The notes below the pieces were generated by a model. The model was not told the origin of the DNA. It did no database searches and saw only the letters and a program-made list of their open reading frames with translations. A stretch of DNA of 64,000 bases. It comes from Candidatus Nitrospinota bacterium M3_3B_026 (GTDB lineage: Bacteria > Nitrospinota_A > UBA7883 > JBPRGF01). Where the stretch lies: the NCBI GenBank assembly GCA_051418015.1, contig JBPRGF010000023.1:32001-96000 (forward strand), read 5' to 3'. This document shows positions 47,885-56,950 of this stretch, piece after piece (the stretch's first letter is position 1; every line of letters starts with the position of its first letter). Position numbers and translations under genes: made by a program.

Positions 47885-48853
47885 TCAACGACTTTCCAAC
47901 GACATCTGGATGGAAAAGTCCGGCCCGCTCCTCGTCAGGTTCTCCGAAAGCCCGAAGACGACGCTCCGCCCGCTTTCGAGACGACGCCTGAACCCCAGCG
48001 TGACCTCCGCCCATCCGTCCCTGAAGACGTAAATGTCCGCCGATGGCGATGGGGACGTGTTGAACATCGTCTGCGCCAGAAGCTCAAGCCTGTCCGACGC
48101 CCTGTACCCCGCCGAAAGGTACCCCGTGTAAAAAGCCTCCAGGCTCGCTTCCCGCGAGCCTGTCCGGAGCCCGCCGGGCCAGACCGCGCCGCCCCCGGCG
48201 TGGAAGGACCATCCCCCGCCCCCCACGGAGGCCAGGGCGCGCAAGGCGTATTCGAACATTCCGGAGCCCATCCCCTTCCCGGCGTCTCCCGTCGGCGCCT
48301 CGACGATGGCCTGGAGCGCCGCGGCGGAGCTAGCGCCATTCCACAGGGATGTCTTGAGCCAGAATCGCGCGTCCCCGGCGCCCGCCCCGGCGCGCCCGCT
48401 TCTCAGCTTTTTCCCGTCATGGTAAACATCGTCAAGGAAACGATAGTCCGGCGCGTCCTCCTGCCCGGCGTAAAACTGGGCGCCCGTCCTTTCGTGGTAC
48501 CAGCGGACGATCCCGTCCATGAACCCCCCGTAAGCGTAAAACAGGGAGACCTCCGCCCCCGCCTCGAAACGCCCGCCATGGAAGGGATGAAAGACCGCGG
48601 CGTCAAGCTCGGTCATCTCCTTGTCGATCCCCACCGCCCATTCACGGCCATGACCAAACATGTAGACGTTCGAATGCGTGAGGCTCAGCCTCCACCCAGT
48701 CTTTTCGGACGGCTGGGCCGCCTCCGGCGCGGGGTAAAGAAGCCCGGAGTACAACGGATGGTGGTTGCGCATCGGGATCGGCGCGGACAGGTCCTCGGCA
48801 TACGCCCGGGACGAGGCAAGCGCAAGGACCAGGATCAGAGCCGGCAGCCTGAT
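47885..48853 (-). CDS. DUF3187-like outer-membrane beta-barrel protein
   Basis: RNHHP motif, GGFMD..WYH, amphipathic strands, FGLSENL..PDF. The first ATG is at 48772, but a signal peptide is encoded in frame back to an ATC at 48853. Confidence 0.65.
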   Translation of the reverse strand: MRLPALILVLALASSRAYAEDLSAPIPMRNHHPLYSGLLYPAPEAAQPSEKTGWRLSLTHSNVYMFGHGREWAVGIDKEMTELDAAVFHPFHGGRFEAGAEVSLFYAYGGFMDGIVRWYHERTGAQFYAGQEDAPDYRFLDDVYHDGKKLRSGRAGAGAGDARFWLKTSLWNGASSAAALQAIVEAPTGDAGKGMGSGMFEYALRALASVGGGGWSFHAGGGAVWPGGLRTGSREASLEAFYTGYLSAGYRASDRLELLAQTMFNTSPSPSADIYVFRDGWAEVTLGFRRRLESGRSVVFGLSENLTRSGPDFSIQMSLESR

Positions 48854-48854
48854 C

Positions 48855-49649
48855 TTATATCTCCTCCGCGAAGGATTCCTTGTAAAGGTCGAACTGGCGG
48901 AACCCGACGAGCGTTATGGCGGCCCCCACGGCGATCAGAACGGCGAGGATGACAAGGCTCGGCGCCCTGCCGTGGATGAAGATGTCCTGGTAGCTGAGGC
49001 TGAGGGCGGCCATCGGGTTCAGGTAGAAGGTGAACCGCCATTTCTCAGGCGTCTGGGAGATGGGATAGATTATCGGACAAAGAAAGAACCAGAGCACAAG
49101 CAGATTGCCGAGGATATGCTGCACGTCCCTGAACCTGACGTTGACCGCGGCCGCCACGTAGACCAGCCCGATGGTGAAAAGAAGCTGCGCGGCGGCGACC
49201 AGCGGCAGCCAGAGAATATGGAGCGTGAAAGGGACGCCGTATATCGCCATGAAAATGAAAAGGAGCGGCAGGCTGAACAGGTAGTTGAACATGTTCGATA
49301 TGATCTTCACCATCGGCAGTATCTCCGCCGGGAACATCGACTTCGTGATGAGCGCCCCGGAGCCGGTTATCGAGTTCACCCCGTCCATCAGCGACGATGA
49401 GAACCATATCCAGGGCAGAAGCCCCGTGAAGAGGAATACGGTGTAGTTCTCCATGCTCACGCGCATGTAGACCGAAAAGACGAGGGCGTAGACCAAAAGC
49501 AGCAGCAGAGGGTTCAGGAACGTCCACAACATCCCCAGCGTGGAGCCCCGGTACCGGGCCTTCAGCTCTTTGCCCACGAGGTTGGCCACAAGCTCCCTGT
49601 GGCGGTACAGGAGACCCACGTGATCTTTGAAAATTTTCAGTCCCATCAT
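48855..49649 (-). CDS. ABC-2 polysaccharide export permease (Wzm-like)
   Basis: ELKARYRGSTLGMLWTFLNP, GLLPWIWF, RFRDVQH, PIIYP, LNPM. Confidence 0.9.
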   Translation of the reverse strand: MMGLKIFKDHVGLLYRHRELVANLVGKELKARYRGSTLGMLWTFLNPLLLLLVYALVFSVYMRVSMENYTVFLFTGLLPWIWFSSSLMDGVNSITGSGALITKSMFPAEILPMVKIISNMFNYLFSLPLLFIFMAIYGVPFTLHILWLPLVAAAQLLFTIGLVYVAAAVNVRFRDVQHILGNLLVLWFFLCPIIYPISQTPEKWRFTFYLNPMAALSLSYQDIFIHGRAPSLVILAVLIAVGAAITLVGFRQFDLYKESFAEEI

Positions 49650-49721
49650 CCTCGGGTAAAACGGATAAACGTTGATTATAAATAAGCGCTGGGACGGCGG
49701 CAACACAAAGGCGACTCGCTC

Positions 49722-50822
49722 CTACTCTGGCGGTTTGCGGAAAAAGAGGATCACCGACGTATAAAGCGTCTTGCCGACCTTGAGGACCAGGTGAGGGGTC
49801 ATGTGCCGCTCATCAGGGTCTAAAACGGGGTTTTCAATAGCATGCCCCGGGAGACGGAACTCTGGGGCCTGGACAAGTTTCAGCCCGGAAGGGGCGACGA
49901 CATGCTCGATCAGCTCGTCCCTGTCGAAAAACTCCGGGTGTCTCTGGCCGTTTATTACAAACTCGGTGACGACGGCGGCGACCCCTCCCCTCCTCAGAAC
50001 CCGCCCCATCTCCTTCATGGAAGCCGCCGCGTTCTCATGACCACCGAAATGCTCTATCGACGACATGGACAATACTATGTCGAACGACTCGTTCTCGAAC
50101 TCCAGCTTCCGCCCGTCCATGCGCATGAAACGAAGCCTGTCTTTCCTATACGGAAACGGAGCGTACTTGCCAGGGTCTAAAAGGGTCTTCGGGTCGCCTT
50201 CTCTGCCTTCTTTTTCCGCCCACTCGCCCTCGAAAAGGTCCGTGGCTATGACGTCTCCGGCGTTATTGGCAAGCCAATAGACTAGCGCCTCGTGCCCACT
50301 GCCGACACCAAGACACTTGGAATCCTCCCGAAGCGCGCCAAGCTTCCGCAACCCGTAGATTGTATGGGTCCACTCAAAGCCCTTCCTGTGCATAAACGTG
50401 AGGGATGGAGGTATCGCCTTGATGTCGAGCAGGATATCGCGCCATTCCTCGTCCAGCCACATCCGGGGATCGACAAGACCGCAAAGCCGCGCGCCGTCGA
50501 AGGGCGGATCCTCCACATACGGCTGGAATCCGTCGTCTGGGCAAACGGTCACGAAATCAAAAAGGACTTTGTGCGGATCGCATTTATAACCAGATTTGGC
50601 CCGGTATTCATCTGAGCCGGTGAATGCCTTGACAATATCGCTCCTCGTGACGCTCCCGCTTCCGAGTCGCTCGAGATAATGCCTTTTCCCTTCCCCGTCC
50701 GGGGGGCGCTCCAAGAGAACCCTGTACAAGACCTCGACGAAATCTTCATCCTTCGACAAATCAAAAGCGCTTTTTCCCAGCGTGCGCTTGAAAAACCCTC
50801 TAAGCACAGTCCATGACCTCAA
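49722..50822 (-). CDS. DUF4214-like N-terminal domain fused to a class I SAM methyltransferase
   Basis: FVEVLYRVLLERPPDGEG..F.GSDEY, then HRKGFEW, LGVGSGHE, MDGRKL, FDIVLSMSSIEHFG. Confidence 0.78.
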   Translation of the reverse strand: MRSWTVLRGFFKRTLGKSAFDLSKDEDFVEVLYRVLLERPPDGEGKRHYLERLGSGSVTRSDIVKAFTGSDEYRAKSGYKCDPHKVLFDFVTVCPDDGFQPYVEDPPFDGARLCGLVDPRMWLDEEWRDILLDIKAIPPSLTFMHRKGFEWTHTIYGLRKLGALREDSKCLGVGSGHEALVYWLANNAGDVIATDLFEGEWAEKEGREGDPKTLLDPGKYAPFPYRKDRLRFMRMDGRKLEFENESFDIVLSMSSIEHFGGHENAAASMKEMGRVLRRGGVAAVVTEFVINGQRHPEFFDRDELIEHVVAPSGLKLVQAPEFRLPGHAIENPVLDPDERHMTPHLVLKVGKTLYTSVILFFRKPPE

Positions 50823-50941
50823 GGGAGCCGGGCAGGGGGCCGGTGTTTTACGGCGAGCCTGACTCAGTTTGAAAAATTATACCAAACGCCGATTGCGCTT
50901 TCAATCAAGAGCCAGGAACACCGGCGCCGGGAGGCCGCGGG

Positions 50942-51346
50942 TTATATCTTCTCCAGCGCCGCCGAAAGCCTCGAAGCCGCCTGTTCGGCCACCTCCGCCA
51001 GGCCCGCGTCCGGCAACATGCTCATCATCGCCCGCGGGTTGATGGCCGAAACCACCACCAGGCCCGGCTCCTTTTCGTACACCACGACGTTGCAGGGCAG
51101 GAGGAGGCCCACGTCGAGGGTCGCGTTCAGCGCCTTGTTGGCGAGCTTCGGATTGCACGCGCCGAGGATGACGTAGTTCCTGAAGTCCACCCCCAGCTTC
51201 TCCTTCAGGACCGGCTTGACGTCGATCCTGGTGAGGACGCCGAACCCTTCCGTCTTGAGGGCTTCCATGGTCCTTTCGACCACTTCGTCGTAGCCGCCCT
51301 TGACCTGTTTTTCGATACCGAGGCTCTCGCCCGTCTTCTCCGCCAT
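50942..51346 (-). CDS. DUF302 family protein
   Basis: EGFGVLTRIDV, YVILGACNP, GLLLPCNVVV. Confidence 0.9.
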   Translation of the reverse strand: MAEKTGESLGIEKQVKGGYDEVVERTMEALKTEGFGVLTRIDVKPVLKEKLGVDFRNYVILGACNPKLANKALNATLDVGLLLPCNVVVYEKEPGLVVVSAINPRAMMSMLPDAGLAEVAEQAASRLSAALEKI

Positions 51347-51368
51347 GACAACCTCCTTCCGGTTCGAT

Positions 51369-51824
51369 TCACCCGCCCAGGCGGGTCATGTGCTCTATCT
51401 TCAGGCAACGGTCCTGGATCACCATGATCCCTTCCCGGCGCATCCTGCCGGCCGACTCGTTGTTCACTATCCCCAGCTGAAGCCACACGGCCCGGGGCTT
51501 TTTGGCTATTATCTCCTCCGTCATGTCCGGGATCGCCTCCGGCTTGCGGAAAACGTCCACGATGTCCACCGGCTCCGGAACATCGGCCAGGGTCTTGTAT
51601 GCCCTGATTCCCTCCCACTCCTCGATGTTCGGGTGTACAGGGATGATTTTGTATCCATGGTCTTTCAGGTACCGTCCCACCATGTACGAGTCCCGGTGGG
51701 ATTTGTTGGAAAGCCCCACGACGGCGATCGTCTTCGCCGTCTCCAGCAGCTTTTTTATCTCGGACGGCTCCGGGTTCTGATCGGCAACCGGCCTGTTTTC
51801 TCCGCCGCTTCGCATCGGCGTCAT
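51369..51824 (-). CDS. CoA-binding protein (YccU-like)
   Basis: IAVVGLS, GYKIIPVHP, VDIVDVFR, WLQLGI, DRCLKIEH. Confidence 0.92.
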   Translation of the reverse strand: MTPMRSGGENRPVADQNPEPSEIKKLLETAKTIAVVGLSNKSHRDSYMVGRYLKDHGYKIIPVHPNIEEWEGIRAYKTLADVPEPVDIVDVFRKPEAIPDMTEEIIAKKPRAVWLQLGIVNNESAGRMRREGIMVIQDRCLKIEHMTRLGG

Positions 51825-51832
51825 ACCTCGGC

Positions 51833-52075
51833 CTACTCGGACTCCGTTTCTATGTTCTTTTTCAGAAACCTCAGCAGGTTGGAGGATACGGGCTCCGGGA
51901 TTGTCTCATCCTCCTTGGCCACCTGGAAAAGCTCGACCGTCTTCTTCAGCGTGTTGATGAACGCCACGCAGGGCTCGCAGTCCTTGATGTGATCCTCGAT
52001 CTCCTCGCATATATGGGGGTCGAGATCCTTGTCCAGGTAGTCCCCTATTTTCTGAAAAATCTCCTCGCACCTCAT
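51833..52075 (-). CDS. soluble zinc-binding (ZAS, zf-HC2) anti-sigma factor
   Basis: C..YLD..HIKDCEPC (Hx3Cx2C), no transmembrane helix; overlaps the sigma gene stop. Confidence 0.88.
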   Translation of the reverse strand: MRCEEIFQKIGDYLDKDLDPHICEEIEDHIKDCEPCVAFINTLKKTVELFQVAKEDETIPEPVSSNLLRFLKKNIETESE

Positions 52076-52725
52076 TGACCGTCCTTCCCCATCTTCGAGA
52101 TTTCCAGCGTCCCGTCGAAATACCTGGACAGGGCGTCGCGCATCGCCAGCCGCGCCCTGTGCAGGCGCGATTTCACCGCCGCCACGGTCATCCCCAGTAT
52201 CTGGCTGATCTCCAGGTTCGAAAAACCCTCCACGTCCTTCAGGATAAGAACAACGCGCTTGTCCTCCGGCAAAAGGGAGATCATACTGTCCAGCGCCTTG
52301 CGTATCTCGTCGTTTCCGTGCAACAGGGAGGGGTTCTTCGACCAGTCCACTATCTCCCGCTGCAAAAGCGAGCCGTCAAAGTCTATCGGCTTGTCTATGG
52401 AGACCAGGTCGACCTTCTTGGTCTTGCGGATCTTCATCAAGCAACCGTTCGTGGCTATCTTGAAAAGCCACGTGGAGAACGCCGAGTCCCCCCGGAAAGA
52501 GTTCAGCGACCGGTGAACCTGAAGGAACGTCTCCTGCAAAACGTCTTCCGCGTCCTCCTGATTGTTCAAAAACTTCAGGCAATGGTTGTATATCCTGGTC
52601 TCGTATTTCCTGACCAGCCTCTCAAACGCTGAAAAATCCCCCTTTTTTATCTTCCCGATCAGCTCAAGATCTTCGTTCTTGCTCGCCTTCTTCGCGGGCG
52701 AAAGCTCAGGAGACGCTCTTTTCAC
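52072..52725 (-). CDS. ECF RNA polymerase sigma factor
   Basis: DAEDVLQETF, FSTWLFKIATN, EGFSNLEISQILG, VKSRLHRAR. Confidence 0.93.
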   Translation of the reverse strand: MKRASPELSPAKKASKNEDLELIGKIKKGDFSAFERLVRKYETRIYNHCLKFLNNQEDAEDVLQETFLQVHRSLNSFRGDSAFSTWLFKIATNGCLMKIRKTKKVDLVSIDKPIDFDGSLLQREIVDWSKNPSLLHGNDEIRKALDSMISLLPEDKRVVLILKDVEGFSNLEISQILGMTVAAVKSRLHRARLAMRDALSRYFDGTLEISKMGKDGQ

Positions 52726-52729
52726 TTTG

Positions 52730-52754
52730 GATGCCGTGAGGGTTCAAAGGTTTC
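52730..52754 (-). promoter_or_regulatory. putative autoregulatory ECF promoter
   Basis: Minus-strand GAAAC-N16-CATC ending 5 nt before the GTG start. Confidence 0.5.
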
Positions 52755-53099
52755 GTTTTCTTGAAAACTAATCTAGCAACTTATCGCGGCTAGGGCAAGC
52801 AGCCGCGGCCCGCGTGAGGCGAACCGGACCGGATAGTCCGCCCATAGGAAAAACCCGCAACGCCGACGGCTTATCATAGAGAATAGCAAATAAGAAAACC
52901 GCCGCGCCTTTTCAGGTCTGCCTTCCGGTTCACGCGCGGCTGGCGACGGGAGGGCGATTTCCGCTTTCATTATAGTATGATAGAATTTTAAAGATCGATC
53001 CACGGGAACCGGGTATGAACTTCATCTTGGGGTATTCCGCGCTTCGTGAGTTTTCGGCCCCGCGGGGTTGAAAGCTCCGGGAAGCGCGATAGCGTTATT

Positions 53100-53951
53100 A
53101 TGCGCGGCCTTGGAACTCTACCGCTCGTTTTTTTGCTCGCGTTGTCCCTTCCGCCCGCGACCTCGTCCGCCGGGCCGCTCAAGCTGGGCGTGCATCCCTA
53201 TCTTTCCACGACGGAGCTGGTGGAAAGGTTCGGGCCGCTGGCGGGCTGGCTGGGCCGGAGGCTGGGAAAGCCCGTCACCCTGGAGATATCCAGGGACTAC
53301 GAGGAGCACATCAGCAGGATCGGCGACGGCAAGCTGGATATCGCCTATATCGGGCCGGTGTCATACGTGAAGCTGGTGGAAAGATACGGCGAAAAACCGA
53401 TCCTCGGCAGGCTGGAGGTCAACGGCGTCAATTCGTTCAGGGGCGTCATAATCGTCCACCGTGACAGTCCGATCGACTCGCTCAAAAACCTCAGAGGCAA
53501 AAGGTTCGCCTTCGGCGATCCCGGCTCCACCATGAGCCATCTTGTCCCGCGTTACATGCTGTGGGAGGCGGGCGTGCTCGTGAGCGATCTTTCCGACTAC
53601 GCCTTCCTCGAAAACCATCACAACGTGGCCCTGGGGGTCCTGATGGGAGACTTCGACGCGGGCGCGGTGAAGGAGGAAGTCTTCAAGGAATACATGGGCA
53701 GGGGCCTCCGGGCGTTGGAGACGACCCCGGCCGTCCCGGAGCATCTTTTCGTGGGCTCGTCCGCCCTTCCGCCGGAGACGGTGGATAAAATCCGCCGCGC
53801 CATGAGCGGCCTCCGCGACACCGGCGAGGGGATGGCGATCATGAGGTCCATCAAAAGAACCGTGACGGCGCTGACCGCCGCCGATGACGCCGATTACGAC
53901 GGTCTGCGCAAGATACTGCGGACCTACGAGAGGATCAGCGCGAACCGATGA
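53100..53951 (+). CDS. PhnD-like periplasmic substrate-binding protein
   Basis: Signal peptide, LKLGVHPY, LDIAYIGP, FAFGDPGSTMSHLVP, HHNVALGVLMGDFDAGAV. Confidence 0.88.
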   Translation: MRGLGTLPLVFLLALSLPPATSSAGPLKLGVHPYLSTTELVERFGPLAGWLGRRLGKPVTLEISRDYEEHISRIGDGKLDIAYIGPVSYVKLVERYGEKPILGRLEVNGVNSFRGVIIVHRDSPIDSLKNLRGKRFAFGDPGSTMSHLVPRYMLWEAGVLVSDLSDYAFLENHHNVALGVLMGDFDAGAVKEEVFKEYMGRGLRALETTPAVPEHLFVGSSALPPETVDKIRRAMSGLRDTGEGMAIMRSIKRTVTALTAADDADYDGLRKILRTYERISANR

Positions 53952-56944
53952 GCCAGATCGACAAAACCAGTTACGGCAGGGCGCTCTTTTATTTCGTGGC
54001 CACTCTCATAGCCTTCCTTGCGGCGGCGGACGTGATGATCCTCTCCAGCCAGCGCGAGATGATAATGAGCCAGGCCCGCCGTATCGCCGAAGGGGAGCTT
54101 CGCCTCATGGGCGCCATGGCGCGGGAGGCGCTCCTGAAGCGCGACTATATCACCGTGGAAAAGTTCATGACCCAGTGGGGGGCCGAGCGTGACGACGTCG
54201 TGGCGGCGAAGGCTGTCGCCCCGAACGGCTTCGTCCTGGCGGAATATCACCGCGGCGCGCCGGCGGAATCGCCGTTTCACGTGAAACACCTCGTGATCTA
54301 CGATGGCAGGGAGCTTGTCTCGCTGGAGATAGTGAAAGACTTCGCCGGGGTGGAGGCGGGGCTGAGAGGACTCGCGGTCCGGCTGGTGGTTTGGTCGATA
54401 ATCATCGTGGCGGTGATGGGGACGCTGCTGTGGCTTGCGATCCTGACGCTGGCCGTCAAACCGCTTGAGGAGGAGGTCGCCGGGCGAAAAAAGGCCGAGG
54501 CCGGGCTCCGCGAGTACAGCGGCCAGCTCGACGAGATGGTGAAGGAGAGAACCCGCGAGCTCGAAGAGGCCAACGAGAGAATAGCCGCCTCGGAAAGGGA
54601 TCTCTCCGGCATCCTGGAGAACATGCAGGACACCTATTACCGGACAGACAACGGCGGGGTGATAACGAAAGTCTCCCCGTCCGTTAAATACCTGTTGGAT
54701 TACTCCGTCAAGGAGCTTGTCGGCATGAGGCTCGCCGACCTGTACGTGAACCCCGGGGAGAGGGAAGTTCTTTTGAAGTCCCTGCGGGAGAGCGGCGGCA
54801 AGGTCACAAACTTCGAGACCAGGCTGAGGCGCAAGGACGGCAGGGCCGTGTGGGTGTCCGCCAATGTGCAGCATTTTCACGACGAGGCCGGGAATGTCAT
54901 CGGGGTGGAGGGGATGGCGCGGGACATCACGGAGATAAAACGCGCCCAGGAGGCAATGAGGCTTGTTGTGGAGGGCGCGGCCCACCAGACCGGGGAGGAG
55001 TTTCTGCGCTCGCTGGTGGAAAACCTTGCCAGGGCCATCGGGGTGAAGCTTGCCTTCGTGGCGCGGATGAAGGACGAGACGGGCTGCGATGCCAGGACGC
55101 TGGCGATGTGGATGGACGGCCGAATCGCCGGGAACATCGAGTACGAGCTGGCGGGCACGCCCTGCGAGGAAGTCTACTATGGAAAAACAAGCTTCTACCC
55201 CGACAACGTGGCGGGGCTTTTCCCCGACGACAAGTGGCTGAGGGACATAGGGGCGCGAAGCTACCTTGGGATACCCTTCTTCGAGCCCGGAGGAAACGTG
55301 CTGGGCCACCTGGGGGTGATGGACGACAAGCCCATCACCGACAGGAGGAGCGTGGAGACTGTGGTGAGGCTGTTCGCCGCCCGCGCCGGGGCGGAGCTGA
55401 AACGGGCCAGCGTGGAAGAGAAGCTCAACCAGTTCAAGAAGACGCTGGACATGACCCTGGACTGCGTATTCATGTTCGACCCGGTGTCGTTCCGGTTTTT
55501 CTACGTCAACCAGGGCGCTATGGACCAGGTGGGCTACACGAGAAAGGAGCTGCTCTCCATGACGCCGCTTGACATAAAGCCGGAATACACGAAGGAGAGC
55601 TTCCAGGATGTAATCGCCCCGCTGCTTGACGGGGAGACGCCCTCGGTAACCGTCGAGACGGTCCACAGGACAAAAGACGGCAGGCTGATCCCGGTGGAGG
55701 TGTTCCTGCAATACGTCGTTCTGCCGGGAAAGACGGGCAGGTTCGTCGCCATAGTCCGCGACATATCCGAACGCAAGAGGGCGGAGGAGGCCCTGCGCCA
55801 CACCCAGAAGCTGGAGAGTCTGGGAGTGCTGGCTGGAGGCATAGCGCATGATTTCAACAACCTGCTGGTCGGCATCCTCGGCAACGCCAACATGGCCCTG
55901 GAGGACCTTCCCGCCTCGTCGCCGGCCCGGGAGAGCGTGGAGGACATCATCACGGCCGCCAGGCAGGCGGCGGACCTTTCCAAGCAGATGCTGGCCTACT
56001 CCGGCAAGGGCAAGGTGGTCATAAAACCCTTCAACATCGCCTCCATCATAAAGGAGATGTCCCACCTGCTGGAGATCAGCGTCTCGAAGAACGTGTCGCT
56101 CAAGTACAACGTGGAACGGGGCCTGCCCGCCGTCGAGGGCGACCCCTCGCAGATCAGGCAGGTGATCATGAACCTGATAATAAACGCCTCCGAAGCGGTG
56201 GGCGACGCGGACGGCGAGGTGAAGGTGACGGTGGCCTCGCTGGAGGCGAACGACCGGCGCATGAAAAAGTTCGAAAAGGAACTGGGGCCGAAAAAAGGCC
56301 GGTACGTCCTGATGGAAGTGGCCGACAACGGTTGTGGGATGGATGAGGAGACCATGGAGAAGATATTCGACCCGTTCTTCACCACGAAGTTCACGGGCCG
56401 GGGGCTTGGGCTGGCGGCGGTCTCCGGGATAGTGCGTGGCCACGGCGGCATTCTCAAGGTGAGAAGCAGGGAGGGCCGGGGGACGGTCTTCAGCGCGGTG
56501 TTTCCGGCGGGGGGGCGGCTCCCGGCCGAGAAAAAGGAAAGGCAGCGCGGCGCGGTGTATCCTGCCAACGGCGGAACGGTGCTGGTGGTCGACGACGAGG
56601 AGACCATACGGAGCGTGGCGCGGAAAATGCTGGCCAGGGCGGGGTTCGACGTCATCACCGCAAGCGACGGCGCGGAAGGGGTGAGGATTTTCCGGGAGAG
56701 GCCGGACGAGATCGACGTCGCTCTGCTGGACATGACCATGCCGCGCATGGACGGGGTGACGGCGCTGATGGAGATGCGGCGCGTCCGGCGTGATCTGCGG
56801 GTGGTTCTCTCCAGCGGCTATACCGAGAGGGACGCCGCCAGCCGGTTCGCGGGAAAGGGGATCGTCAGCTTCATCCAGAAGCCCTACACGAGCGATATGC
56901 TGCTTGAGAAAATAGGCGAGGCGCTCGCCCGGCGGATGGGCTGA
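53948..56944 (+). CDS. hybrid sensor histidine kinase (TM-PAS-GAF-PAS-HisKA-HATPase-REC)
   Basis: Two transmembrane helices, PAS repeats (RKDG), GGIAHDFNNLL, INASEA, FDPFFTTK..GRGLGL, VDDEE..LDMTMP. Confidence 0.94.
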   Translation: MSQIDKTSYGRALFYFVATLIAFLAAADVMILSSQREMIMSQARRIAEGELRLMGAMAREALLKRDYITVEKFMTQWGAERDDVVAAKAVAPNGFVLAEYHRGAPAESPFHVKHLVIYDGRELVSLEIVKDFAGVEAGLRGLAVRLVVWSIIIVAVMGTLLWLAILTLAVKPLEEEVAGRKKAEAGLREYSGQLDEMVKERTRELEEANERIAASERDLSGILENMQDTYYRTDNGGVITKVSPSVKYLLDYSVKELVGMRLADLYVNPGEREVLLKSLRESGGKVTNFETRLRRKDGRAVWVSANVQHFHDEAGNVIGVEGMARDITEIKRAQEAMRLVVEGAAHQTGEEFLRSLVENLARAIGVKLAFVARMKDETGCDARTLAMWMDGRIAGNIEYELAGTPCEEVYYGKTSFYPDNVAGLFPDDKWLRDIGARSYLGIPFFEPGGNVLGHLGVMDDKPITDRRSVETVVRLFAARAGAELKRASVEEKLNQFKKTLDMTLDCVFMFDPVSFRFFYVNQGAMDQVGYTRKELLSMTPLDIKPEYTKESFQDVIAPLLDGETPSVTVETVHRTKDGRLIPVEVFLQYVVLPGKTGRFVAIVRDISERKRAEEALRHTQKLESLGVLAGGIAHDFNNLLVGILGNANMALEDLPASSPARESVEDIITAARQAADLSKQMLAYSGKGKVVIKPFNIASIIKEMSHLLEISVSKNVSLKYNVERGLPAVEGDPSQIRQVIMNLIINASEAVGDADGEVKVTVASLEANDRRMKKFEKELGPKKGRYVLMEVADNGCGMDEETMEKIFDPFFTTKFTGRGLGLAAVSGIVRGHGGILKVRSREGRGTVFSAVFPAGGRLPAEKKERQRGAVYPANGGTVLVVDDEETIRSVARKMLARAGFDVITASDGAEGVRIFRERPDEIDVALLDMTMPRMDGVTALMEMRRVRRDLRVVLSSGYTERDAASRFAGKGIVSFIQKPYTSDMLLEKIGEALARRMG

Positions 56945-56950
56945 CGGCCG

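Noticed and set aside
53924..56443. Very long antisense ORFs (839 aa here; also 34321-36519, 27432-29468, 12972-14570, 936-2339)
   Set aside because: They lie opposite well-supported genes and have no recognisable motifs; such shadow ORFs are expected in high-GC DNA with biased third codon positions.
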